Notes: a model not told the origin generated them from the sequence alone. Positions 1 through 7,759 are shown, counted from the stretch's first letter. The stretch: 32,000 bases of DNA from Propionibacterium ruminifibrarum (GCF_900289195.1 NZ_OMOH01000004.1:30001-62000), one strand, 5' to 3'. Numbers and translations are program-made.

Positions 1-93
1 GAGCACAAGAAGTCTCATTCCTGAGCCCAGTCCATCCCCCAGGGCCCGCACAGCCGCTCCGGCCCACCTGACCTCAGCCATCAAGGAGTCACC

Positions 94-942
94 ATGATCA
101 TCGGCCTTCCCGAGGCGCTCTCCTACGCGGAGCAGCACAACATCGGTCTCGCCGCCATCAACACACCGTTCTTCGAGGGCCTGCTCGGCGTCATCGACGT
201 CGCGGAGCGCTCCGACGTGCCCATCATCCTGCAGTTCGCCCAGGTGCACGAGCCCATCGTCTCGATCGAGGACATGGGGCCGGCAATGGTGGAACTGGCC
301 AAGCGCTCCAGCGCCCCGTTCGTCCTGCACGTCGACCACGGCTTCGACATCGACTACATCCGCAAGGGTCTGGACATCGGCTTCAACTCGGCCATGATCG
401 ACGGTTCGAAGCTGGACTACGACGAGAACGTCCGCGTCACCCGTGAGGTCGTCGAGCTGGCAGGCGAGCGCGGCATCGGGGTCGAGGGCGAGATCGGTGT
501 CATGACCGGCAACGAGAACGGCGACCCCGACCAGGGCGTCGCCGACGCAGCGCTGTACACCGACCCCCAGGTGGCCGCCGACTTCGTCAAGGCCACCGGC
601 GTCACCGCGCTGGCCGCCTCGTTCGGCACCGTGCACGGCGTCTACCGCCGCAAGCCGAAGCTGAACTACGAACTCATCGCCCAGCTGCGCGAGGCCACCG
701 GGGTGCCCATCGTCATGCACGGCGGATCGGGCCTGGAGCCGCGGGAGTACCAGGAGTGCATCCGCCACGGGGTACGGAAGATCAACTACTACACCTACTC
801 GGCCAAGGCGGCCTACGACGCGTGCCTGCCCCTCATCGAGGACCCCAATGTCATCCTCTTCTCCAATCTCGCCAGGGCAGCGCGCAATGCGGTCGCAGAG
901 GACGCGCAGAAGTTCGTCGACATCCTCAAGGCCACCGCCTGA
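94..942 (+). CDS. Class II ketose-1,6-bisphosphate aldolase family protein (fructose/tagatose-bisphosphate aldolase-like)
   Basis: 282-aa ORF with AAGGAG at 83-88, 5 nt before the ATG. Family motifs visible by eye: VLHVDHG, GVEGEIG, FGTVHG, VMHGGSG. Substrate specificity cannot be resolved from sequence alone. Confidence 0.85.
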   Translation: MIIGLPEALSYAEQHNIGLAAINTPFFEGLLGVIDVAERSDVPIILQFAQVHEPIVSIEDMGPAMVELAKRSSAPFVLHVDHGFDIDYIRKGLDIGFNSAMIDGSKLDYDENVRVTREVVELAGERGIGVEGEIGVMTGNENGDPDQGVADAALYTDPQVAADFVKATGVTALAASFGTVHGVYRRKPKLNYELIAQLREATGVPIVMHGGSGLEPREYQECIRHGVRKINYYTYSAKAAYDACLPLIEDPNVILFSNLARAARNAVAEDAQKFVDILKATA

Positions 943-967
943 ACCCCCAGACACTGAGAGGAGCACC

Positions 968-1498
968 ATGACCGTCTACCACGCGGCACTGAAGCTGGAG
1001 TCCCACGGCGGAACACCGAGCTTCATCGACGTCACGAGCCAGGTACGCGAGGCCATCGCCGCCTCGGGCATCACCAACGGCATCGTCGCGGTGATGAGCC
1101 CCCACACGACCTGCTCGGTGTACTACGACGAGTGGGCGCACGACACGGTCGAGGACGGCTCGGACTTCCTCCAGCACGACCTCAACCGCGTCCTGGGTCT
1201 CATCTGCCCAGACCAGACGCAGTTCCCGCCCGCCGACGGCTACTCCTATCCCGGCATCAAGCACTTCGAGGAGGTCGAGAGCTGGCCGAGCGCCAAGGAG
1301 TACCTGCCCGGCGGCGACCGCAGCGCCCTGCTCAACGCGGACGCCCACCTCAAGGCGTCGATCATCGGTTCGTCGCAGACCTTCCCGGTCATCGACGGCG
1401 AACTCGGCTTCGGCGTCACCGGCTACATCTTCTTCGCCGACTGGGACCGCGACCGGGCGCGCACCCGCACCTGCCGGGTCACCGTCATCGGCGAGTGA
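968..1498 (+). CDS. YjbQ/UPF0047 family protein (secondary thiamine-phosphate synthase-like fold), with an internal insertion
   Basis: Internal ATG at 968 of ORF 848..1498, preceded by GAGAGGAG and 25 nt after the aldolase stop. YjbQ-like motifs: SPHTTCSV, NADAHLKASIIGSS, GELGFGVTGYIFF, C-terminal VIGE. The upstream part of the ORF is Arg/Ser/Pro-rich and overlaps the aldolase gene. Confidence 0.72.
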   Translation: MTVYHAALKLESHGGTPSFIDVTSQVREAIAASGITNGIVAVMSPHTTCSVYYDEWAHDTVEDGSDFLQHDLNRVLGLICPDQTQFPPADGYSYPGIKHFEEVESWPSAKEYLPGGDRSALLNADAHLKASIIGSSQTFPVIDGELGFGVTGYIFFADWDRDRARTRTCRVTVIGE

Positions 1499-1500
1499 CC

Positions 1501-1560
1501 TGGCCATTGACCATTTCACACGAATCATGACACTTATTTGACAATTCAATTCAGATAGCG
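1501..1560 (+). promoter_or_regulatory. AT-rich island, putative promoter/operator region of the PTS operon
   Basis: This is the only conspicuously AT-rich stretch in the left 8 kb. It has TTGACC at 1507-1512, TTGACA at 1538-1543 and a TTGAcaatTCAA dyad at 1538-1549. It lies between the yjbQ stop (1498) and ptsH (1733). I could not assign a convincing -10 element. Confidence 0.35.
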
Positions 1561-1732
1561 CGGTGTACGTGTCCCCGTGAACCAGGTCGTCGAGGTCAGC
1601 GCCGGACCCGGTTCGTCGACCTGATGGGAGAAGAGCCCATCGAGCACCGCGACCCACGTCATCACCGGTCGGCCCCAGGGGCCCAACCGGTGCATGCACC
1701 ACCCGTCCAGAAAATCCACCGAAGTGAGGCCA

Positions 1733-1996
1733 ATGATGTCCACCCGTGAAGCCACCGTCGCCGCCGCCGAGGGCCTGCACGCCCGCCCCGCCGCAACCTT
1801 CGTCAAGGCCGCCAAGGAGTGCGGCGTGCCCGTCCAGATCTCCAAGGGCGACAAGGGCCCCGTCCCCGCCAGCTCGATGCTGTCCGTGCTCAGCCTGGGC
1901 GCGCACTGCGGCGACACCGTCGTCCTGAGCGCCGAGGGCGAGGGCGCCGAGGAGGCCCTCGACACCCTGGTCGCCGTTCTCTCGGAGGCCGAGTGA
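1733..1996 (+). CDS. ptsH: Phosphocarrier protein HPr
   Basis: Active-site motif EGLHARPA and SMLSVLSLG. GAAGTGAGG lies 4 nt upstream of the ATG at 1733; ATG 1736 is equally possible. The ORF-track start at 1694 lacks an RBS and would give an atypically long N-terminus. Confidence 0.85.
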   Translation: MMSTREATVAAAEGLHARPAATFVKAAKECGVPVQISKGDKGPVPASSMLSVLSLGAHCGDTVVLSAEGEGAEEALDTLVAVLSEAE

Positions 1997-3708
1997 TGTC
2001 CCAGCCGCAGGAGTACGCCGGCATCGGCGTCGGCTCGACCGCCGCGGTCGGCCCGTGCGTACGGTTCGCGGCGCCACCGGTGGCACCGGCCGACGAGCCG
2101 GTCCCGTCCGGGGACGAGGCGGTCGCGGCGGCGGGCGCCGCGCTCGCCGAGGCGCTGCAACAGGTCTCGACCGACCTCCAGGCCGCGGCCGCCGAGCACA
2201 CCGGTGAGACCCTCGGCGACGTGCTCTCGGCCACCGCCGAGATGGCCGACGACCCCGCCCTGGCCGACCGTGCCGCGCAGATCATCGCCGAGGGCAGCGG
2301 CCCGGCCAACGCCATCACGAAGGCCATTGCGGAATTCGCCGCGATGTTCACCGAGATCGGCGGCTACATGGCCGAACGCGTCACCGACCTGAACTCGGTA
2401 CGCGACCGCACCGTCGCCAGGCTGCTCGGTCTGGAGACGCCCGGCCTGCAGGCGCTCGACGAACCGGCCGTCGTCATCGCACACGAGCTGACCCCGGCGG
2501 ACACCTCTGGGCTCGACATGTCGAAGGTGATCGCCCTCGTCACCGAGGTGGGCGGCCCCACCTCGCACACCGCCATCATCGCCCGTCAGCTCGGCCTGCC
2601 CTGCGTGGTGCGGGCATTCGGGGCCACGCAGATCCCGGAGGGCTCGCTCGTCGCCGTCGACGGCGCCTCCGGCTCGGTCGTCGTGAATCCCGACGAGGCC
2701 ACCCGCGAGGCCATCGCCCGGCGCATGGAACGCTACCGGGAGCTGTCCCGTGACACGGCGCCCGGCGCCACGTCCGACGGCCACCGGGTCCAGCTGCTGG
2801 CCAACATCGGCGGCGTCGAGGACGCCCGGGCCGCGGCCGACAAGGCGGTCGAGGGCGTGGGCCTGTTCCGCACCGAGTTCGTCTTCCTCGACGCCGCCGA
2901 GGAACCGACAGTCGCCGAACAGACCGAGATCTACCGCGACGTCCTCAAGGCCTTCGCCGGCCGCAAGGTGGTCGTGCGCACCCTCGACGCCGGCGCCGAC
3001 AAGCCACTGGCCTACGCCAACCTGGTGCACGAGTCGAATCCGGCCCTGGGGCAGCGCGCCTACCGCCTCGTCCGCTCGGTGCCGCACCTGATGGAGCACC
3101 AGCTGCAGGCCCTGGCGGCCGCCATCGACGACTGCCCCGACACCGAGGTGTGGGTCATGGCCCCGATGATCTCCACCGCCGGCGAGGCCGCCGACTTCCG
3201 CCGCCGGGCCGACGAGGCGGGGCTCGGGGCGAAGGCCCAGATCGGCGTCATGGTCGAGGTCCCTGCCGTCGCGCTGTGCGCCGACCAGGTGCTGCGGCAC
3301 GTCGACTTCGTCTCGATCGGCACCAACGACCTCGCCCAGTACACGATGGCCACCGACCGTGAGCTCGGCGCCCTGTCCGACCTGATCGACCGCTGGCAAC
3401 CCGCCGTCCTCAAACTCGTCGAGGCCACCGCCCGGGCCGGTGTCGCCTCGGGAACCCCGGTGGGCGTCTGCGGCGAGTCCGCCTCCGACCCGCTCATGGC
3501 GCTCGTGCTGTGCGGACTTGGGATCACGTCGTTGTCCATGTCCGCCCCGGCCGTGCCCGCCGTCCGGTTCGCCCTGCGGCACACCTCGCTGGCGACCTGC
3601 CGGGCAATGGCGCAGGCGGCCATCAACTCCCCCGATGCGGCAGCTGCGGTCTCGGCCGTCCAGGAGCTGCTCGACCCTCAGGTGAGGGAGGCCATGTCCC
3701 TCGACTGA
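1996..3708 (+). CDS. ptsI: PEP-protein phosphotransferase (PTS Enzyme I)
   Basis: Start ATG at 1996 overlaps the ptsH stop (GTGATG). Motifs: phospho-His GGPTSHTAIIARQLGLPCVV, LFRTEF, SIGTNDLAQY, VCGE. The ORF-track extension back to 1819 is Arg-rich and overlaps ptsH. Confidence 0.92.
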   Translation: MSQPQEYAGIGVGSTAAVGPCVRFAAPPVAPADEPVPSGDEAVAAAGAALAEALQQVSTDLQAAAAEHTGETLGDVLSATAEMADDPALADRAAQIIAEGSGPANAITKAIAEFAAMFTEIGGYMAERVTDLNSVRDRTVARLLGLETPGLQALDEPAVVIAHELTPADTSGLDMSKVIALVTEVGGPTSHTAIIARQLGLPCVVRAFGATQIPEGSLVAVDGASGSVVVNPDEATREAIARRMERYRELSRDTAPGATSDGHRVQLLANIGGVEDARAAADKAVEGVGLFRTEFVFLDAAEEPTVAEQTEIYRDVLKAFAGRKVVVRTLDAGADKPLAYANLVHESNPALGQRAYRLVRSVPHLMEHQLQALAAAIDDCPDTEVWVMAPMISTAGEAADFRRRADEAGLGAKAQIGVMVEVPAVALCADQVLRHVDFVSIGTNDLAQYTMATDRELGALSDLIDRWQPAVLKLVEATARAGVASGTPVGVCGESASDPLMALVLCGLGITSLSMSAPAVPAVRFALRHTSLATCRAMAQAAINSPDAAAAVSAVQELLDPQVREAMSLD

Positions 3709-3781
3709 GGGCCGCAGGGCGGAACGCACCATGCGCCCCGCCCTGCTGCCACACCAACCACTCACAGAGTAAGGAGTCATC

Positions 3782-4387
3782 GTGGATGACAATCCCGTGA
3801 TGAGGGCGATCACCTGGTTCGCCGAACACTTCATCGGGCTGTTCAACGCCTCCGCCGAGCAGTTCCTCGGCCTGGCCTCCGGCATCCTGCCGCTGCTCAT
3901 GGTCATGCTGACCGCGATGTACGCGATCACCACCTGGATCGGCGAGGAGCGCGTCAATCACGCGATCCGGTGGGCCGGCAAGTACGCCGTGACCCGCTAC
4001 ACGATCATGCCCTTCCTGGCCATGCTGCTGCTGACCAACCCGATGGCCTACACGTTCGGGCGCTTCCTGCCCGAGCGTTACAAGCCGGCCTTCTACGACG
4101 CCACCGTGTCGATCTGCCACCCGATCACCTCGCTGTTCCCGCACGCAAATGCCGGCGAGATCTTCGTCTGGACCGGCGTCTCGGCCGGCGTCACGGCGAT
4201 CGCTCCCGAGAAGTACGCGCTGCTCGCGATCCTGTACTTCCTCGTCGGCCTGGTCGTCATCTTCATCCGCGGCTTCGCGACCCAGTGGATGACCGCCATC
4301 CTCATCCGCCGAGGCGGCCACCAGGAGACCTTCCAGAAGTACGACGAGGCGTACGCCGCCGGCCAGATCCAGGGAGGCGTGGCATGA
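3782..4387 (+). CDS. srlA: PTS glucitol/sorbitol-family EIIC component (SrlA-like)
   Basis: Collinear by eye with E. coli SrlA: WFAEHFIGLF, GILPLLM, GRFLPERYKP, LFPHANAGEIFV. AAGGAG lies 5 nt before GTG 3782; ATG 3800 is an alternative start. Confidence 0.85.
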   Translation: MDDNPVMRAITWFAEHFIGLFNASAEQFLGLASGILPLLMVMLTAMYAITTWIGEERVNHAIRWAGKYAVTRYTIMPFLAMLLLTNPMAYTFGRFLPERYKPAFYDATVSICHPITSLFPHANAGEIFVWTGVSAGVTAIAPEKYALLAILYFLVGLVVIFIRGFATQWMTAILIRRGGHQETFQKYDEAYAAGQIQGGVA

Positions 4388-5397
4388 GTTACCGCAGTGT
4401 CAAGGTCGTCAAGGGCAACGGCGGCTGGGGCAATGACATGGTCCTGACCCCCACCGACGAGAAGAAGGTCGTCATGTCGGTGACCGGGGGCGGCATCCAC
4501 CCGGTCGCGGCACGCATCGCCGAGCTGAGCGGCGCCGAGGCCGTCGACGGCTTCACGAACAGCGTCGAGGACGACAAGGTGCTGGCCGCCGTCATCAACT
4601 GCGGCGGCACGGCCAGGATCGGCGTCTACCCGAAGAAGCGGATCAATACGATCGACATCTACCCCGGCTCGCCGACCGGTCCGCTGGCCAAGTACATCAC
4701 CGAGGACATCTTCGTGTCCGCGGTGGGACTGGACCAGATCAGCCTGGCCGATGCCGAGGCCGTCGACCAGGCGGCCGCCGCTGCAGCCGCCTCGGCCCAG
4801 GCCGAGGAGGCCCAGGCCGAGGCGGAACGCCCGAAGACCGTCTCCCAGCAGCAGGCCGACCGGGGCGGTTTCATGTCGGTCGTCGTGAAGTTCGGCAACG
4901 CGGTGGGCTACGTCATCAACACGCTGCTGTCGTCGGGCCGTCAGGCGCTGGACATCATCCTGAAGACCGTGCTGCCCTTCATGGCCTACGTCGGCCTGCT
5001 CATGGGCATCGTGAACTACACGGGCATCTCCGATCTCATCGCCCACGCCGTGACACCGCTGGCCGGCAACCCGGTCGGTCTGGTCCTGCTTGGCATCATC
5101 GTCGCCCTGCCGTTCCTGTCGCCGGTGCTCGGCCCCGGCGCCGCCATCGCCCAGGTCATCGGCGTGCTCATGGGCCAGCAGATCGGAGCCGGCGCGCTGC
5201 CGGTGCAGTACGCGCTGCCCACCCTGTTCGCCATCGACGGCCAGGTCGGCTGTGACTTCGTCCCGGTGGGCCTGTCGCTCGGCGAGGCCCAGCCCGAGAC
5301 GATCTCGGTCGGTGTCTCCGCCGTGCTGTTCACCCGCCTGGTGACCTCACCGGTGGCGGTCATCATCGCCTACCTCGCCTCGTTCCTGCTCATCTGA
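4384..5397 (+). CDS. srlE: PTS glucitol/sorbitol-family EIIBC component (SrlE-like)
   Basis: ATG 4384 overlaps the srlA stop (ATGA). Collinear with E. coli SrlE: GNGGWG, VINCGGTARIGVYPKKRI (IIB Cys), LKTVLPFMAYV, LSPVLGPGAAIAQVIGVL, CDFVPVGLSLGEA. An Ala/Gln/Glu-rich linker separates the domains. Confidence 0.87.
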   Translation: MSYRSVKVVKGNGGWGNDMVLTPTDEKKVVMSVTGGGIHPVAARIAELSGAEAVDGFTNSVEDDKVLAAVINCGGTARIGVYPKKRINTIDIYPGSPTGPLAKYITEDIFVSAVGLDQISLADAEAVDQAAAAAAASAQAEEAQAEAERPKTVSQQQADRGGFMSVVVKFGNAVGYVINTLLSSGRQALDIILKTVLPFMAYVGLLMGIVNYTGISDLIAHAVTPLAGNPVGLVLLGIIVALPFLSPVLGPGAAIAQVIGVLMGQQIGAGALPVQYALPTLFAIDGQVGCDFVPVGLSLGEAQPETISVGVSAVLFTRLVTSPVAVIIAYLASFLLI

Positions 5398-5410
5398 CCC
5401 GACACCACAC

Positions 5411-5437
5411 GGGTGGGGCGGCCAGGCCGCCCCACCC
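5411..5437 (+). other. GC-rich intercistronic stem-loop between srlE and srlB
   Basis: GGGTGGGGCGGCC-A-GGCCGCCCCACCC is a near-perfect 27-nt palindrome, giving a stem of about 11 bp once a loop is opened. It sits 14 nt after the srlE stop. No T-tract follows, and the srlB RBS GAAGGAGAG lies downstream. Confidence 0.4.
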
Positions 5438-5461
5438 CTACCCCCAACCGAAGGAGAGACA

Positions 5462-5830
5462 ATGTCAACCCTGTGGAGCGCTGACGTCACCGCTATCGGA
5501 CCCGACGCCGGTGACATGATCGACGGCGGTGTCGTCATCCTGTTCGGCGAGCCCGTCCCCGAGGCGCTGGCCGAGGTCAGCGTCGTGCACCGCACCACGA
5601 CGCCGCTGGCCCGCGACATCACCGCCGGCGACCTCTTCCGGATCGCCGGCCAGGACTACACGGTCGACGCCATCGGCGAGCGCGCCTGCGCGAACCTGAC
5701 CGAGCTCGGCCACGTGGTCATCTACGTCAACCAGCCCGAGCAGGAGCTCCTGCCGGGCGCCGTGCTCGCCAGCGGCCCGGAACTCACCATTCCCGCGGTC
5801 GGCAGCACCGTCGAGTTCCTCGAGGCCTGA
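5462..5830 (+). CDS. srlB: PTS glucitol/sorbitol-family EIIA component (SrlB-like)
   Basis: 122 aa with GAAGGAGAG upstream. Collinear with E. coli SrlB, for example NLTELGHVVIYV versus NLRELGHVTLRF, and a C-terminal GSTVEF. Confidence 0.8.
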   Translation: MSTLWSADVTAIGPDAGDMIDGGVVILFGEPVPEALAEVSVVHRTTTPLARDITAGDLFRIAGQDYTVDAIGERACANLTELGHVVIYVNQPEQELLPGAVLASGPELTIPAVGSTVEFLEA

Positions 5831-5835
5831 TCGGC

Positions 5836-6351
5836 ATGGGCGCCCTCGACTGGAGGTTCCCCGCGATCCTCGTGGCGGCCATGCTGCTCGGCCTGCTGCT
5901 CACCTACGCCCAGATGAGGTCGTACAACAGCGAGCTCAACAAGGCCACGCGGGTGGCCAGGGGCGAGCACCTCATGCTCGTCTCCGGGCGCGGACGCTCC
6001 ATCACGGGCGGGGCGATCGTCATCGCGATCGTCGACACCACCACCCGGAGCATCATCTGGGCTCGCACCCTGGCCGGCAAGAGCGTCTTCGCCCGGTTCC
6101 ACGACGCGCCCGGCCTCCTCGGGGACATGGACGGGGCGGTCGGCCGGGCACGGGGCAAGCAGTTGAAGGCGGCCGTCGACATGGCCCTGGCCCAGGTCGG
6201 GCCCGCCCCGGGGGCCGACACCTCGCCCGCCGAGCAGCCCGCCACCACGAACACGAACAACGCGCCTGCCCCCACAACCGGGCCACGGCTGGTTCGCAAG
6301 CGCGTACCCCACACCACCGGCCCGGGTGCGGTCAGCACCCGGGGCGTGTAG
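5836..6351 (+). CDS. gutM: GutM-like glucitol operon activator with a C-terminal Pro/Ala/Thr-rich extension
   Basis: N-terminal hydrophobic segment, then QMRSYN...GRGRS...AIVIAIVD...GKSVFARF, matching E. coli GutM (QISRFN...VGRSSG...VVVAIALD...GLTVFARP). It starts 5 nt after the srlB stop. About 50 additional low-complexity residues follow at the C-terminus. Confidence 0.68.
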   Translation: MGALDWRFPAILVAAMLLGLLLTYAQMRSYNSELNKATRVARGEHLMLVSGRGRSITGGAIVIAIVDTTTRSIIWARTLAGKSVFARFHDAPGLLGDMDGAVGRARGKQLKAAVDMALAQVGPAPGADTSPAEQPATTNTNNAPAPTTGPRLVRKRVPHTTGPGAVSTRGV

Positions 6352-6371
6352 ATCCCGAAAGGAAAACTGAC

Positions 6372-7676
6372 ATGGGTTACACCAAGGCTCTACTCGAACG
6401 CCAGAAGGAACTGGGCCGTCCGGTCCACGTGGGCGTCGTCGGCGCCGGCCAGATGGGGTCCGGCCTCATCGCCTCGATCCAGCGCGCGCCGGGCCTGGCC
6501 GTCGTCGCCGTCGCCGACATCGTCGTGGACAAGGCCTCCTCGGCCCTGCGCAACGCAGGCCGCGATGACGTCGTCGTCGCCGACACCGACCTGGACAAGG
6601 CCACCCGGGCCATCGACGACGGCAAGGCCGCCGTCATCTCCGACGGCCTGCGGATGCCCGAACTGCCCGTCGACATCGTCGTCGAGGTCTCCGGAGTGCC
6701 CGAGATCGCGGCCCAGATCGCCTACACCTGCATCACGCACTCCAAGGACGTCGCCCTCATGACGGTCGAGGCCGACATCACCGTCGGCCCCCTGCTGTCG
6801 TCGATGGCCAACGCCGGCGGATCGGTGTACACCGTCATGCGCGGCGACGAACCGGTCGAGTGCCTCAAGCTGGTCGAGTACGCCCAGGACCTGGGCCTCG
6901 AGGTCGTCTGCGTCGGCAAGGGCAAGAACAACGTCAACATCCCGCACGGCATGCCCGAGGACAACATCGCCGACGCCGAGCGCAAGAAGATGAACCCGCG
7001 CATGCTCACCGAGTTCACCGACGGCACCAAGACCCAGCTCGAGATGACCGCCCTGTCGAACGCGACGGGCATCCCGATCGAGGTCGACGGCATGCACGGG
7101 CAGGAGATCCCGCTGGCCGAGCTCGCCACGAAGCTGATCCCCAAGGCCGACGGCGGCATCCTCGAGTTCGACAAGGGCCCGTGCGTCGAGTACGTCACCG
7201 GTGACGTCGCCCCGGGCGTCTTCTGCATCGTGAAGTCCACCTCGGACGTCATCACCGAGGAACTCGACTACCTCAAGCTCGGTCACGGCCCCTACTACCT
7301 CTTCTACCGTCCGTGGCACATCGCCTCGATCGAGGCGCACCTGTCGATCTTCGAGGCCGTCACGACCGGGCGGCCCGACTTCCAGTCCACGCACGTCACC
7401 ACGGAGGTCATCGGCCGCGCCAAGACCGACCTCGAGGCCGGGCTGACCTTCGAGGGCATGGGCGGACACCACTTCTACGGCTACGCCATGCCGGCCGACA
7501 AGGCCCGCGAGATGAACCTCGTGCCGGTCGGCCTGCTGCAGCACTCGAAGTTGAAGGTCGACAAGAAGGTCGACGAGATGATCACCTACGACGACATCGA
7601 GATCGACCACACGCGCCCGCTGGTCGCCATGCGCTTCCTGCAGGACTCCATGGTCGCCCGGGGCGTCCTCGGCTGA
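6372..7676 (+). CDS. NAD(P)-binding oxidoreductase, homoserine-dehydrogenase-like (COG4091-type, probably with a C-terminal SAF-like domain)
   Basis: 434 aa with N-terminal Rossmann motif VGVVGAGQMGSG. The overall architecture resembles the 'predicted homoserine dehydrogenase with SAF domain' family as I remember it. It is the last gene of the PTS operon. The family call is not verified by any search. Confidence 0.6.
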   Translation: MGYTKALLERQKELGRPVHVGVVGAGQMGSGLIASIQRAPGLAVVAVADIVVDKASSALRNAGRDDVVVADTDLDKATRAIDDGKAAVISDGLRMPELPVDIVVEVSGVPEIAAQIAYTCITHSKDVALMTVEADITVGPLLSSMANAGGSVYTVMRGDEPVECLKLVEYAQDLGLEVVCVGKGKNNVNIPHGMPEDNIADAERKKMNPRMLTEFTDGTKTQLEMTALSNATGIPIEVDGMHGQEIPLAELATKLIPKADGGILEFDKGPCVEYVTGDVAPGVFCIVKSTSDVITEELDYLKLGHGPYYLFYRPWHIASIEAHLSIFEAVTTGRPDFQSTHVTTEVIGRAKTDLEAGLTFEGMGGHHFYGYAMPADKAREMNLVPVGLLQHSKLKVDKKVDEMITYDDIEIDHTRPLVAMRFLQDSMVARGVLG

Positions 7677-7720
7677 TCCCTCTTTCACCAGCCCCACCGG
7701 GAGCTCACGCTCAATAGAAT

Positions 7721-7759
7721 GATGGGGTCAGGGCCCGGAAAGGGCGCCCTGACCCCATC
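7721..7759 (+). terminator. Hairpin downstream of the PTS operon (putative terminator)
   Basis: GATGGGGTCAGGGC (7721-7734) pairs perfectly with GCCCTGACCCCATC (7746-7759) around an 11-nt loop. It starts 45 nt after the stop at 7676. No clear T-tract follows, consistent with an actinobacterial I-shaped type. Confidence 0.5.

Noticed and set aside
1546-3957. 803-aa minus-strand ORF, together with 926..2086 on the minus strand, covering ptsH/ptsI
   Set aside because: It lies antisense to genes with unmistakable HPr and EI motifs. The translation is Arg/Gly/Pro/Ala-rich low-information sequence, typical of stop-codon-poor antisense frames in high-GC DNA. I recognise no family motifs in it.
6390-7697. 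435-aa minus-strand ORF antisense to the oxidoreductase gene, and similarly 7711..8793 antisense to the SorC regulator
   Set aside because: Same high-GC antisense artefact. The plus-strand products have a clear Rossmann motif and HTH motif, correct RBSs and operon context.
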